A stretch of DNA of 61,892 bases from a virus (Duplodnaviria; Caudoviricetes), in IMG/VR virus record IMGVR_UViG_3300033741_000103, positions 1 to 61,892 of that record. One strand, given 5' to 3'. The notes beneath the pieces are model-generated. The model saw only the letters and a program-made list of their open reading frames with translations, ran no database searches and was not told the origin of the DNA. Made by a program: the position numbers and the translations under genes. Shown here piece after piece: positions 8,082 to 18,086 of this stretch (its first letter is position 1; every line of letters begins with the position of its first letter).

Positions 8082-9421
8082 ACGATCAAACAGACGCCGC
8101 CGCCGCCGAAGAAGCCACAGCTTTCGATCTGGTGGAGACAACCGACGTAACCTCTATTTTCACTGGGAAAACCGTCGACCAGCTGCTCAGTAAGCTGGAA
8201 AAAGAGGTCCGGTCCTTTGCGCCAGATCTCAGCTCAGCAAAAGGCCGCAAAGAGATCGCCTCTCTGGCCTACCGCGTATCGCGGTCCAAGACCGAGCTGG
8301 ACAAGGCTGGTAAGGCGATGACCGAGAGCGCCCGCAAGGAAATCGAAGCCGTCAACGCAGAGCGCAAGAAGATCGAAACGCGGCTGGACGCCCTGCGCGA
8401 TGAGGTTCGCAAGCCGCTGAACGATTGGGAGGCGGCCGAGGAAAAGCGCAAGGCGGATCTGCGCGAGCGATTGACCGCGTTCCACGACCGCACTGACTGG
8501 TCGATGGACAGCGAAGCCATTGCCGCGATCCTCGCTGAGGTTGAGGCAATCGACATCGATGAGAGCTGGCAAGAGTTCACGACGATGGCCGATGAGGCCA
8601 AGCTGGCGGCCGTGAAAAAGATGCGGGCGGATCTGACAGCGGCGAAGGGCCGGGAGGATCAAGCGGCCGAATTGGCGCGGCTTCGGACTGAGGCGGCTGA
8701 ACGGGAGGCGCGGGAAGCCACAGAGCGGCAGGAACGCGAGGCCAAGGAGCGGCAGGAGCGCGAGGAACGCGAGGCCAAGATTGCGGCCGAGGATGCCGAG
8801 CGTAAAGCCAAAGCCGATGCTGAGGAGGCGGAACGCAAAAAGAAGGCCGACGCTGAGGAGGCGGAACGTCAGGCCAAGCGGGACGCTGAGGACGCTGAGC
8901 GCAAGGCCGTTGATGATGCCCGCGCAGCTGAGCAGGCCAAGATCGATGAGGAGCGCAAGCGCAAGGATGATGAGCAGCGCGCGATTGCTGACCGTCTGAA
9001 CGCCGAACATGAGCGGGCCGAGCAGATGATCGATTATCTCAAAGAGGTCGGCAACGGGATGATTGGCGGCGAAGTGCAGCCGTTTGGCATCCTGATCTAT
9101 GAGCTTGAGAAAAAGATCCAGATCGATGACCAGTTTGGCGCTCACAAGGCGGCTTTGGAAGTGCTGCGCGATACCATGTTGACGAAGCTGAAAGACGCGA
9201 TGGCAAGCCAGAAGGATGATCTGGTCGTGTCGGAGGTTCTACCAGCGGATCCGGTCAAGACCGATGGGGATCTGCTCGCGCTGTTGCGCGATACCTGCAC
9301 AGCCTCGGATCTCAGCTGGCGGGACATCAGGAAGGTGATCGATGATCTGTCGGCTTGGGCGGAAGCTCAGACCGTTGATGCGATGGTCGCCAGCACAGAA
9401 GCCAAAGAGGGCAAGTCGTGA
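8078..9421 (+). CDS. Coiled-coil phage protein with charged repeats
   Basis: KGRKEIASLAYRVSRSKT motif; E/R/K/A-rich repeats. Confidence 0.75.
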   Translation: MNDQTDAAAAEEATAFDLVETTDVTSIFTGKTVDQLLSKLEKEVRSFAPDLSSAKGRKEIASLAYRVSRSKTELDKAGKAMTESARKEIEAVNAERKKIETRLDALRDEVRKPLNDWEAAEEKRKADLRERLTAFHDRTDWSMDSEAIAAILAEVEAIDIDESWQEFTTMADEAKLAAVKKMRADLTAAKGREDQAAELARLRTEAAEREAREATERQEREAKERQEREEREAKIAAEDAERKAKADAEEAERKKKADAEEAERQAKRDAEDAERKAVDDARAAEQAKIDEERKRKDDEQRAIADRLNAEHERAEQMIDYLKEVGNGMIGGEVQPFGILIYELEKKIQIDDQFGAHKAALEVLRDTMLTKLKDAMASQKDDLVVSEVLPADPVKTDGDLLALLRDTCTASDLSWRDIRKVIDDLSAWAEAQTVDAMVASTEAKEGKS

Positions 9422-9780
9422 GGCTCAACATCATCAGCTGGCTCGAAAGCCACATCGTCGGAAAGGAGCCAGCCAAGGTGACACTTGGCAACCTAACCCT
9501 CGAGCAGAAACATCCATCAAAGGAGGAAATGAGCCTCAATGCGTCCCATGTGGACGTGGTCGATTATCGATTGCATCTTGGTGTGCGCGTCAAAGTAAGG
9601 AATGGCGACCACGGCAGGGCTCATCAGCGTGTTTTCGAGATGATGTGCCGGGAGGTATTCGGTGAACTCGAGGGGCAGATTGTGGAGGTTGTCGATTGGG
9701 CATTTAAGCAGGGCTATGATCAGGAGATCATTAGCCAGATCCAACGCCTTGCGCGTCTATCATCCGGGCGGGACGTATGA
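9418..9780 (+). CDS. Hypothetical protein
   Basis: Coupled ORF in operon. Confidence 0.6.
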   Translation: MRLNIISWLESHIVGKEPAKVTLGNLTLEQKHPSKEEMSLNASHVDVVDYRLHLGVRVKVRNGDHGRAHQRVFEMMCREVFGELEGQIVEVVDWAFKQGYDQEIISQIQRLARLSSGRDV

Positions 9781-9989
9781 TCTGCCGCGTATGCAAAGGG
9801 ACCGGCCGCGTGACTGAGCGCGGCCGGCACTATCTCGATCAATCCGTCAGGAAAACCTGTCTGGAGTGTTTCGATCAAAAGGCGGCTGAGGCCGAGCATG
9901 ACGCCTTCATGGCCCGGCAGCAGGCCGACCGAGATGAAGCTGATCGCCTGATGGATGAGGCCCGAGATTTTGACGTGATCGACGGCTGA
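9777..9989 (+). CDS. Small Zn-finger protein
   Basis: CRVCKGTG...CLEC. Confidence 0.6.
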   Translation: MICRVCKGTGRVTERGRHYLDQSVRKTCLECFDQKAAEAEHDAFMARQQADRDEADRLMDEARDFDVIDG

Positions 9990-10017
9990 AAAAAGGATCG
10001 GGGTGGGCTAATACATA

Positions 10018-10080
10018 TTGACCCACCTCGCTACCTGCGATACATATACGTTAGGCAATGAAGCCCAGAGGTTGAAAGGA
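10018..10080 (+). promoter_or_regulatory. Promoter-operator-hairpin-RBS cassette
   Basis: TTGACC, TCGCTACCTGCGA (10028), TACATA, GGCAATGAAGCC (10054), GAAAGGA. Confidence 0.8.
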
Positions 10081-10086
10081 TCGAGA

Positions 10087-10347
10087 GTGCAGTTTCAAGC
10101 AGAGCCCATAGATCGCCCAAATCAGATGTCTGATCGTGAGATCATCGAGCGCCTTGAGGAGGCGGAATACCAGCAATGGCGATGGGCAAATATGCGCGAC
10201 GGAACGCTGATGCCAGAGGAGGAACCGCCATCCCTGCTAAGCCGGGAAAGCCTACAAATCAGCGTTGCTCTCGGGGCGGCAATTCTGACGGCCATGTTCA
10301 CAGTCATCGGGATAGGGGAGTTCATAGCAAGCGTCTACGGATCTTAG
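10087..10347 (+). CDS. Small membrane protein
   Basis: GTG after GAAAGGA; C-terminal hydrophobic helix. Confidence 0.6.
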   Translation: MQFQAEPIDRPNQMSDREIIERLEEAEYQQWRWANMRDGTLMPEEEPPSLLSRESLQISVALGAAILTAMFTVIGIGEFIASVYGS

Positions 10348-10407
10348 CGGTCAGCGGCCCGGTGGGCCATTGTGCGATACGATCCGTATCGATTGAAGGG
10401 AAATACC

Positions 10408-10962
10408 ATGAAGAAGATCTACATCACCGCCGCCATCATCGCCACAATGTCTGCTCCTGCTTTTGCGGGCGAGGTCCAGTTTGGCGATCGCACCTATAAC
10501 CGGAACAACGCCGAAGCCGTGGCCGAGGCGCGCGCCAATGCAGCTGCAATCGCGGCGCAACAGCAAGGCCAAGCGCAGAGCGCCGACGCCAGCAACAACG
10601 GCGTGACACAGACCGCCACCACCAACTACCGCCGCACCGTTTCCTCCCCAACGGCCCCCAGCATGTCGGCCAATGGGTGCCAAGAGGCGTGGTCGGCAGG
10701 CGTCACTGGCTACTGGCTGGGCGTCTCGGGCGGAAAGGTCACAACCCCGGATTTCTGCAAAGGCAAGATCAACCGCGAGACTATGGAAGCGGCCGGCTTT
10801 GGGCAGACAGTGCAGCAGCAAATGCTGGTCGACACCGTGCCTGAAATCCGGGACGCGGCCATCGCTCAGGGTGTTGCAGTGAAGCGTTCAGGCGGCACGG
10901 CCAGTTCCAAAGGCTCAGCGACCCGGACAGCCGCTGCGGGCGTATCCGGCGCCAATCGCTAA
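10408..10962 (+). CDS. Secreted/periplasmic protein
   Basis: Signal peptide MKKIYITAAIIATMSAPAFA; two Cys. Confidence 0.75.
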   Translation: MKKIYITAAIIATMSAPAFAGEVQFGDRTYNRNNAEAVAEARANAAAIAAQQQGQAQSADASNNGVTQTATTNYRRTVSSPTAPSMSANGCQEAWSAGVTGYWLGVSGGKVTTPDFCKGKINRETMEAAGFGQTVQQQMLVDTVPEIRDAAIAQGVAVKRSGGTASSKGSATRTAAAGVSGANR

Positions 10963-10978
10963 GCTGTAATCGACACTC

Positions 10979-11009
10979 AAAAAGGCGGGGTCTTATTGGC
11001 CCCGCCGTT
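10979..11009. terminator. Hairpin, possible terminator
   Basis: AAAAA-GGCGGGGTC/GGCCCCGCC. Confidence 0.5.
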
Positions 11010-11031
11010 CGCGTGAACAAAGGATGAAGCC

Positions 11032-11385
11032 ATGATGATGCCGCGTACTGAATACGAAATGTCCGACGAAGATCTCGAGATCCTGCTCGACGCCGGAAAG
11101 CCAACGCCTGTGATGATGACCGGTGGATCAACCGGGTCATCCCCGCGAGAAAACGCGACTAGAGCGTGGGAAGCGCTGGGCAAAAAGATGGGCTTTGACG
11201 GTATGTCTGTCCGTCCGATCTCGGGTAAGGGCCAGAAGTTCTTTTCAGCCATCCCCAGCGAGACGGACGAAGCCAAGGCCGAGCGTCTTGAACGGGAAGC
11301 AGCAGAGGCCAGAGTCGCCGAGAGGGACGCGCTGCAAGTCGAAATCGCACGCTGCCAGAAGCGCCTTGCGGAGCTGGATGAATGA
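11032..11385 (+). CDS. Hypothetical protein
   Basis: AAGGA RBS; coupled to the next ORF. Confidence 0.7.
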   Translation: MMMPRTEYEMSDEDLEILLDAGKPTPVMMTGGSTGSSPRENATRAWEALGKKMGFDGMSVRPISGKGQKFFSAIPSETDEAKAERLEREAAEARVAERDALQVEIARCQKRLAELDE

Positions 11386-11498
11386 AGGATCCGCGCGATC
11401 GCAAAAAGCTCCAGCGCAGGTTGGATCTGATCATCGCCGTGCTTTTGATCATCTTCGCCATGCAGGGCTTGAGCGTGTTAGTTAAAATGGTGGGATAA
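11382..11498 (+). CDS. Small membrane peptide (38 aa)
   Basis: ATGA overlap; LIIAVLLIIFAM helix. Confidence 0.5.
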   Translation: MKDPRDRKKLQRRLDLIIAVLLIIFAMQGLSVLVKMVG

Positions 11499-11499
11499 A

Positions 11500-11700
11500 A
11501 TGACATATGAAGAATTGAAAGCCGCTGGTTTCGTGAATCATCACGATTGCGGCTTATGCGGGTCGCCGGTCGGCCACATGATCCATCCAGAAATGGCTTG
11601 CGCTGTTTTCCAGAGCGGGTGCGATTGCGGCGGGCCATATCCAAACTATCGGATTCTCACGCATGATGAATTGGCCGAGATACCCGGAATTGAGATATGA
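11500..11700 (+). CDS. Small Cys/His-rich protein
   Basis: CGLC...CDC. Confidence 0.6.
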   Translation: MTYEELKAAGFVNHHDCGLCGSPVGHMIHPEMACAVFQSGCDCGGPYPNYRILTHDELAEIPGIEI

Positions 11701-11801
11701 AAACCCTCAAAAACGCTTTGTGGATGCTGGGGTATATAATCGTACTGATCGCGCTCACGTATTGGATCATCGCGTTGGGCGCATGGGCCTTGTCGACATA
11801 A
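11697..11801 (+). CDS. Small membrane peptide (34 aa)
   Basis: ATGA overlap; strongly hydrophobic. Confidence 0.5.
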   Translation: MKTLKNALWMLGYIIVLIALTYWIIALGAWALST

Positions 11802-11838
11802 CGAGCAACGGAAGAATCGATCAAATGGGAGACGCATC

Positions 11839-12513
11839 GTGAGGATTTTTGAACATACGAGCAAAGACCGTGATCTGTGGCGCGGCTGGCTCAAGAACGG
11901 CCAAGCCGTCGAGATCTCCAGAAACCGTTACGGCTGGGACTTCGGCGGCGGAATCCACATCCACGGCAATGACGACGACTTGGGCGACAGGATGCTGTTT
12001 CTCAAATTCTGGCGTTTTACGATCATTCTGCCGTTCGGCATTACGGCGCATCCGTGGCCGTCGATGGAAGGCCCACAATGGTCGGTCTACGCCTCCAAGG
12101 AATTTGGTCTGACGTTTCACTGGGGCTTGAAACGCAAGTCGTTTTACTGGCCGTGGGATCTGCACACGCTGAAATATCAGCAGCAAATGCCAGACGGTTC
12201 GTGGGTCAAGGTTCAGTATGAAAACGCGCCTTATGTCGAGCATCACGGATACGACTACGTTCTCAAATCGGGGAAGGTGCAGGAGCGGATTGCGACAGTT
12301 TCAAAGCGCCGGCACGTCCTCTGCCGCCGCGCGTTCAAATCGCTGGGCTGGCCGACTTGGATTGAAGAAAGCATCGACGTCCAGTTTTCAGACGAGGTTG
12401 GCGAGCGCTCTGGATCTTGGAAGGGCGGCACCATCGGTTGCAGCAATGAGCTCAGCGCTGGGGAAACCATGCTTGATAGCCTGCGCCGCATGGAACGCGA
12501 GAGGACGTTTTGA
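11839..12513 (+). CDS. Hypothetical phage protein
   Basis: Long ORF with GGAG RBS; FSDEVGERSGSWKGG. Confidence 0.7.
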   Translation: MRIFEHTSKDRDLWRGWLKNGQAVEISRNRYGWDFGGGIHIHGNDDDLGDRMLFLKFWRFTIILPFGITAHPWPSMEGPQWSVYASKEFGLTFHWGLKRKSFYWPWDLHTLKYQQQMPDGSWVKVQYENAPYVEHHGYDYVLKSGKVQERIATVSKRRHVLCRRAFKSLGWPTWIEESIDVQFSDEVGERSGSWKGGTIGCSNELSAGETMLDSLRRMERERTF

Positions 12514-12740
12514 TGACCCTCCCCGGCTATGACGCATGGAAGCTCAGCAGCCCGGACGATGACCGGCACCAGCTGGGCGTTAAGGAGGGCGAAGAATGTG
12601 GTCGCTATCCAGAGCCAGACGAGGATGAGCCCCGCGGCTACAAGCGACGGCCGTGCAAAGGCACAATGGTCGCTATTGCAGAGCATCCAGACACGGAAGA
12701 AGTAGCCGTGGGATGCGATACTTGTGGAGAAATGACATGA
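12510..12740 (+). CDS. Hypothetical protein
   Basis: LPGYDAWKL start; Cys pairs. Confidence 0.6.
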   Translation: MMTLPGYDAWKLSSPDDDRHQLGVKEGEECGRYPEPDEDEPRGYKRRPCKGTMVAIAEHPDTEEVAVGCDTCGEMT

Positions 12741-13453
12741 CCGACACGCCCGCCCAGCCCGTATCTTTCGAGGAAGCCGTGCATCACATGGCCGAGGCCG
12801 CCCGGCTGGCCCCACATCAAGGGGGAATTGATATGACCGATCAAACAGACCCCCGCGATCTGGCAAACAAGGCGTTGACAACTCACACAGACGATCCGCG
12901 CGCCGCTAAGTTGCTGGACGAACTTGCAGACGCCCTCACCGCTGCGCTGGACGAAAACGCCCGCTTGCGCGAGTTGTACGGCGAGGCTGTCGGGCAACGA
13001 ACAGTTGCTCAGCTTCGTGCGGCCGAGGCGCTGCGGGAGGCGGCGAATAGGTTGCGGCAGCTTCACCAAGACAGCAACGGAGTTGTCGCGCCGGGTATAC
13101 GCCGAGATATGGACGCCATCCTCGCCCTCATCGACACGCCCGCCCCGGATCATATTGTTGACGCCGACAATACGATCGCGCCAGTTATCGCCCCGGCCAT
13201 GCGCTGCGCTGAGTGCGATTGCGATAACCCACCACATGACTGCAACTGGATCAAACCGGGTCCATGTGCCCCGGCCCAGCCTTCGGTGCAGGAGGCGGCC
13301 CAGTTGTTGCTCGATATGCTGGCATTATCAGACGGGGTTCCAAAGATAGACGAAAAAGCCGCGCAGTCACTTTGGGATCGGGTGCAACATGCTGGCGGCT
13401 TCTACCCGGTGAAGGAATTTCTACTGGAAGTCGCCGGGGAGACAAAGGGGTGA
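12737..13453 (+). CDS. Hypothetical protein
   Basis: ATGA overlap; an alternative start follows GGGGG near 12833. Confidence 0.6.
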   Translation: MTDTPAQPVSFEEAVHHMAEAARLAPHQGGIDMTDQTDPRDLANKALTTHTDDPRAAKLLDELADALTAALDENARLRELYGEAVGQRTVAQLRAAEALREAANRLRQLHQDSNGVVAPGIRRDMDAILALIDTPAPDHIVDADNTIAPVIAPAMRCAECDCDNPPHDCNWIKPGPCAPAQPSVQEAAQLLLDMLALSDGVPKIDEKAAQSLWDRVQHAGGFYPVKEFLLEVAGETKG

Positions 13454-13467
13454 GGCGAGAACTAACC

Positions 13468-13635
13468 ATGCTCGCGGGCCTTGCCGCCCTGATACATGAA
13501 CAAGAGCGGCCGATGTATCAGGGTATGAGATCCACCGGCAAGGATCGCCACCCGTCAAAGTCTGGCAAGAAAACAGACCATTCACGCGCTAAGGTTAAGG
13601 CCGCGCGCAAACAACGCAGGAGGAAAAAGCCATGA
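13468..13635 (+). CDS. Small basic protein
   Basis: GAGG RBS; KVKAARKQRRRK. Confidence 0.45.
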   Translation: MLAGLAALIHEQERPMYQGMRSTGKDRHPSKSGKKTDHSRAKVKAARKQRRRKKP

Positions 13636-13777
13636 CCGAGGCAACACCAAAACAGCGCTACGACGCGCGCCAGAAGCCCACCACGTCGCGCAGGCTCTGG
13701 CCCCATTCGGCATAGCGCAGGGGTGAGGCAATGGCGACCGCGACAGGCCCGATTGCGTTGCCAGCCCCACCCTACCC

Positions 13778-14098
13778 CTAAACTTCCTGATTTATCCGAA
13801 CAGGAATAAAGCCAAAGCTCGGGTAGGTGTCCTCCAGCCCATCGGTGAAGGTGACGACAAACTCAGCGCGGTAAGTCCCGGCAGTGTCCGTTTCGCCAGC
13901 AGCGAACGCATAGCCCAAGACACCATCAGCATCCAAGACAGATCCGGCGGCCGAGATGACGACTGTGCCATCAGCATCCATCATGCGGAACAGCACGCTG
14001 GCCCCGGCGAATTTTGCGCCGCCGAGCTCATAGTCTGAGGTTGTGACTTTGATCGCGCGCTTGCGATCGCCGGGCTTCATTTCAAAATGTAAACTCAT
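13778..14098 (-). CDS. BppU N-terminal-like structural adaptor
   Basis: MKPGD...FRM...GVLGYAF...DTAGTYRAEFVVTF...TYPS. Confidence 0.65.
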   Translation of the reverse strand: MSLHFEMKPGDRKRAIKVTTSDYELGGAKFAGASVLFRMMDADGTVVISAAGSVLDADGVLGYAFAAGETDTAGTYRAEFVVTFTDGLEDTYPSFGFIPVRINQEV

Positions 14099-15813
14099 GT
14101 GATTTTTACGCCCCTGTTCTGGTCAATAAGTGTGACGCCAACGCTGGCGTTTAGGATCTCGTAGCCCCGCAAGGAATCTGCCGGGTAGGTGTATTCTGGG
14201 TGCTCAGCTCCAGTTGCTATCACCGTGGGCGCAAAGCCAAGGCCGATCGACGTCCCAGTGCCGGGAAAGGCTGTCGAATTGGCTGAGATAAGGGGCGATA
14301 ACCCGACCCCGATAGATGTGCCGGTGCCGGGCGATACTGTAACGCCAGCGCCGACGATGGGCGATAACCCGACCTCCGTTTCAGATCCGGTGCCGGGTGA
14401 GGCTGTTGCCCCACTGCTCGCGACCGGCGCAAGCCCGACATCGATCGATGTTGCCTCACTTGGCGTGACGGTAGATCCCGCGGATACGGCTGGCGCAAGG
14501 CCGGATCCAGTCTCGGAGCCAGCGCCGGGTGTTGCCGTACCGGCGGCCGCTGCCGACGCGCTTGGTGCTAAGCCCACCCCAATGGACGTGCCGGTTGACG
14601 GGAAGGCAGTAGATCCAGCCGAGGCAGTCGGCTCGGTTCCAGATCCGATCTCAGCGCCGGTCGCGGGTGCGGCCGTAGATCCAGCTGACGTGCTGGGCGC
14701 CAGACCAATATCTGTCGACGTGCCGGTGCCGGGCGAGGCGGTTGATCCAGCGCTCACGCTTGGCGCCAGACCAAGGCCGGTCGAGCTGCCAGTGCCCGGT
14801 CGGGCGATGGTCGCGGATCCCGCCGTCGCGGTCGGCGCTAAGCCGATCTCGATCGTGGATCCGGTGCCGGGTGTTGCCGTGGATCCCGCCGAGACAGTGG
14901 GTGCCAGACCAAGCCCGGTTGTAGATCCGGTGCCGGGCAGGGCGGTCGCACCAGCTGACGCGCTGGGGGCAATGCCTATGGCGGTCGAAGATCCGACCCC
15001 CGGAGCGGCTGTCGATCCGGCAGATGCGGTCGGAGCCAAGCCTACGGCCGTCGAGGTTCCAGATCCGGGCAGCGCTGTAGATCCAGCCGACGCTGTTGGC
15101 GCTAAGCCTAAGCCGGTTGATGTGCCGGCGCCGGGGGTGGCCGTCGCGCTCGTACCGCCGCCACCAGCTGCAGCCAGCAATTCTAAAGATATGCCGCAGT
15201 TACGGTTCGACGCGGAGGATGAGAAAGTCATGGTCGAGGCGCTGGCGGTCGCGACTGTTTCATCTGCAACACCGCCAGAGCACTCGGCGTTGACATCGAT
15301 AGCACCGCGCAAGGTGGCTCCAGATACAGTTGGAACTGTGCCGCCACCTTCCTGAGAGGCAAAGCCCGCAAAGACGATGCTATCCGCCGCTGTGGTGGTC
15401 AGATTTAAGGTCCGGTCGATGTCGGTATTAGTGTCGTCAGAGGCAAAGAACGCGCCGATTGGCGCTGTTTGGTCGATCCCTTCGTATTCCGTAACGAACG
15501 CCCCGAAAGCTCTGAAATTGACGCCAAGGTTTGCAGTTAAGGTCAAAGCTCCCGTAGCAGGTGCTTTGAAATAAACAGCTATGCTCCAGATGCGCGAGTT
15601 TGCGCTCGCGTTTTGGTACACGCCGTCGTTATTCACGCCACCCAATCTAATTGGGCCGGGTGTTACCGTGCCACCAACGGTTCCGTGCAGACCGAAAATG
15701 TATGCGACCGCCAAACGATCAGAGCCACTACCGATTGTTATGTCGGTAGTGGCCGTGAAGTTTGAAAGCGATCGACCGTCGTTGAATACCTCTACGGTCT
15801 GAACGTGTGGCAT
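14095..15813 (-). CDS. Putative virion fibre with about 14 Ser/Thr/Gly/Ala-rich 22-aa repeats
   Basis: Beta-rich N-domain, then xPGTGTSTxxGLAPxxSAGSTA repeats. Confidence 0.75.
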   Translation of the reverse strand: MPHVQTVEVFNDGRSLSNFTATTDITIGSGSDRLAVAYIFGLHGTVGGTVTPGPIRLGGVNNDGVYQNASANSRIWSIAVYFKAPATGALTLTANLGVNFRAFGAFVTEYEGIDQTAPIGAFFASDDTNTDIDRTLNLTTTAADSIVFAGFASQEGGGTVPTVSGATLRGAIDVNAECSGGVADETVATASASTMTFSSSASNRNCGISLELLAAAGGGGTSATATPGAGTSTGLGLAPTASAGSTALPGSGTSTAVGLAPTASAGSTAAPGVGSSTAIGIAPSASAGATALPGTGSTTGLGLAPTVSAGSTATPGTGSTIEIGLAPTATAGSATIARPGTGSSTGLGLAPSVSAGSTASPGTGTSTDIGLAPSTSAGSTAAPATGAEIGSGTEPTASAGSTAFPSTGTSIGVGLAPSASAAAAGTATPGAGSETGSGLAPAVSAGSTVTPSEATSIDVGLAPVASSGATASPGTGSETEVGLSPIVGAGVTVSPGTGTSIGVGLSPLISANSTAFPGTGTSIGLGFAPTVIATGAEHPEYTYPADSLRGYEILNASVGVTLIDQNRGVKIT

Positions 15814-15816
15814 GAA

Positions 15817-17160
15817 TTAACCTCCGAAGAAATGCGCCCAGCGAGGATCTGCCCGAGCAGCTGCACGCGCAGCAATGGGATCACCGTCTTGGATCGTGTT
15901 GAGAGCATCGACGCCAGAAGGCGACATGATGCCCGGCACTGTGTTGCCAGTTACCGTTGCTTGACCCGAGCTGATGTTCACCTTGGGCGTCTGCACGCCC
16001 TGAGACTTGGCGTTATCTCGGGGGATCCAAACCATCAGATTGTTGATCACATCGATCTTGCCGACATTGTGCAACGCGATGCCGTTGGCATGAGAGTTGA
16101 GGATCACGTTGCCATCCAGCGTCAAGTTATCCATGAAATTCCCCGCATCCGACCAGATTGACTGAGAGTAGAGGCCCGCACCCATGTCGATGAAGTTGTT
16201 TTTGAGGATGACGCCATCAGCCGTACCCATCAGCTGGATGCTGTCGCGATGGTCGCTGGCAAATTCCACCGTATCGGCGTCGTGCAGATAGTTGCCCTCG
16301 ATCACGACATTTTTCATCGTGCCAGTGTTGATGCCATCCGAGCGGAACGTATGGATGTCATTGCCACGGATGGTGACGTTGTCGCCGTTTGCGCCGATTG
16401 CTTTCCAGAGCGTGTGGAACTCATTGCCCTCGATCAGGATCTGGTCATTGTTGCCCCAGATACGGATGCCGCGACCGATGCAGGATCCGTTTTCGTTGCG
16501 ATCCCCTTCGATCACGCCGTTGATGATCTGGACCCGCGTGCAGTCCTTGACCAAAAAGCGGTTTGCGGAATCGTTATCGCCGGGCGAGTAGGTGTATTTG
16601 CAGTGAAGCCCATCGAAAATGACGTCGGTATGATTGTTGAGCGTCCAATCCCGGAACACAGGCTTATCGTTGGGATCTGCGGCGCGGATCGTCGTGCCGT
16701 TGGGAACAAGTGGCATACTGCCATAATAGCCCCCGGCCAGAAGGTATAACCCACTCCCCACGGCCAGAGCTGCCGCAAGCTGCGCCGCGTCCTGAATGTT
16801 GGCGGCAGGGTTCGGCACCGGGTTCGGATCAGGATTTGGCACCGGGTCAGGATCCGGGATGGGATCTGGGTTCGGCGCTGGATCCGGGTCTGGAATCGGC
16901 TCAGGCTCAGGCTCAGGCTCGGGTTCGGGTTCTGGTTCTGGCTCAGGCTCAGGCTCAGGATCCGGGATGGGTTCGGGATCCGGTTCGGGCGTGCCAGCCT
17001 CGGCAATCACGACCAGCAAAGGTTGCCAGTCGCCATCATCACTGGCGACGAGATATTCGTGCGTGCCATCGGCGTTCTTGCGCACCAGAAGGCTGTTGTC
17101 GCCCGCGCGGATCTCGCCGCCATTGACCGCTTGGATCAGCTTGAAAGAGGTGTATTGCAT
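15817..17160 (-). CDS. Right-handed beta-helix (pectate-lyase-fold) protein with Pro-Glu/Asp linker; putative depolymerase
   Basis: Repeated NVxIxGN motifs; HRDSIQ; (PE)n/(PD)n tract. Confidence 0.75.
   Translation of the reverse strand: MQYTSFKLIQAVNGGEIRAGDNSLLVRKNADGTHEYLVASDDGDWQPLLVVIAEAGTPEPDPEPIPDPEPEPEPEPEPEPEPEPEPEPIPDPDPAPNPDPIPDPDPVPNPDPNPVPNPAANIQDAAQLAAALAVGSGLYLLAGGYYGSMPLVPNGTTIRAADPNDKPVFRDWTLNNHTDVIFDGLHCKYTYSPGDNDSANRFLVKDCTRVQIINGVIEGDRNENGSCIGRGIRIWGNNDQILIEGNEFHTLWKAIGANGDNVTIRGNDIHTFRSDGINTGTMKNVVIEGNYLHDADTVEFASDHRDSIQLMGTADGVILKNNFIDMGAGLYSQSIWSDAGNFMDNLTLDGNVILNSHANGIALHNVGKIDVINNLMVWIPRDNAKSQGVQTPKVNISSGQATVTGNTVPGIMSPSGVDALNTIQDGDPIAARAAARADPRWAHFFGG
16805..16990. 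repeat. Hexamer-like low-complexity repeat encoding the PE/PD/PN linker
   Basis: Runs of GGCTCA/GGTTCG/GGATCC. Confidence 0.85.
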
Positions 17161-17162
17161 GA

Positions 17163-17624
17163 TTACACCGCCGCCGTGAGGGTGCGCGTATAAACGCCCG
17201 CCGCATCGATAGTGACGGCCAAAGTGCCGTTGCTTGTCGACAGGCTGCCAGCATCCTCCAGCTCGCAGACGAATACCGGAATATCCGTTGCCGCCAGCGT
17301 GCCATCAGCCAGCGCGTTCCGCACGATGACCGCATAGGCTACGTTCGTCAGCGTAGAGGAAGCCCACGACTGATCAGGGCAATCATAGGTGATGACGAGG
17401 CCAGTGCGGCTCACTGACAGAGCGACCGCCTTGCCGTTGGCGGTATAGCCGGTTCCAGCGATCTCATTTGCCGAGATAGCCGACCATGCGGCGTCAGTGC
17501 TTTGGTTTGGCACATAGCCGGTGCCGACCAGCACCATGCGATAGCTGTCGCCGATCAGATCGATCGTACCGTCAGCCTGTTTCTCAGCCGCGTGGCCGAG
17601 GATGAACCAAGGATTAGAAGCCAT
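17163..17624 (-). CDS. Putative virion structural protein (fibre-associated)
   Basis: [13 protein letters not shown]...[11 protein letters not shown]; GGAG RBS. Confidence 0.65.
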   Translation of the reverse strand: MASNPWFILGHAAEKQADGTIDLIGDSYRMVLVGTGYVPNQSTDAAWSAISANEIAGTGYTANGKAVALSVSRTGLVITYDCPDQSWASSTLTNVAYAVIVRNALADGTLAATDIPVFVCELEDAGSLSTSNGTLAVTIDAAGVYTRTLTAAV

Positions 17625-17666
17625 TGTGTATTCTCCATTTTAAGGGGTGTTAGATGAGTGGTGGGG

Positions 17667-17903
17667 TTAGAGGATCATGGGCTGGCAATGCCCAAGCTCC
17701 TCGCAAAGCCCGATGAACACTTTTCGGTGGATCCCGATCTCGAGCTTGGTCTGCTCATCGTCCGTCGAGATGGCGGTTGGTAGCGTTTTCGACAACGTGT
17801 CGAACACCGCTTTAGTCGTCTCTGAGCCCACCGGTTTCTGTGAGCAGGCTGTCAGCATCAGCATCAGCGCCAATGCTGTCGAGGATTTTCCTAGATGTCT
17901 CAT
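17667..17903 (-). CDS. o-spanin lipoprotein (Rz1-like)
   Basis: Lipobox LTAC; overlaps the i-spanin. Confidence 0.7.
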   Translation of the reverse strand: MRHLGKSSTALALMLMLTACSQKPVGSETTKAVFDTLSKTLPTAISTDDEQTKLEIGIHRKVFIGLCEELGHCQPMIL

Positions 17904-18057
17904 TGATCGTCTCAGCTCCCTTTTTATCGGCGGCCTCATATGCGGCCACGGTTTTCAAGACGCCCCTCTCAAACTGGACGTCGCCATATTTCCCGACGCC
18001 CAGCGCAAGGAGCGCCAAGACGGCTAGGGCGATGATCGACTTCGTGGTTGAAAACAT
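17812..18057 (-). CDS. i-spanin (Rz-like)
   Basis: N-terminal TM followed by helical domain; after the endolysin. Confidence 0.7.
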   Translation of the reverse strand: MFSTTKSIIALAVLALLALGVGKYGDVQFERGVLKTVAAYEAADKKGAETINETSRKILDSIGADADADSLLTETGGLRDD

Positions 18058-18086
18058 GATTTGCCTCCTACTGGCTTATGCTGAGA

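Noticed and set aside
14189-15355. 388-aa plus-strand ORF
   Set aside because: Antisense shadow of the repeat-rich fibre gene.
14095-15813. Ice-nucleation protein
   Set aside because: AGST words occur, but the period is 22 aa and AGYGST octamer repeats are absent.
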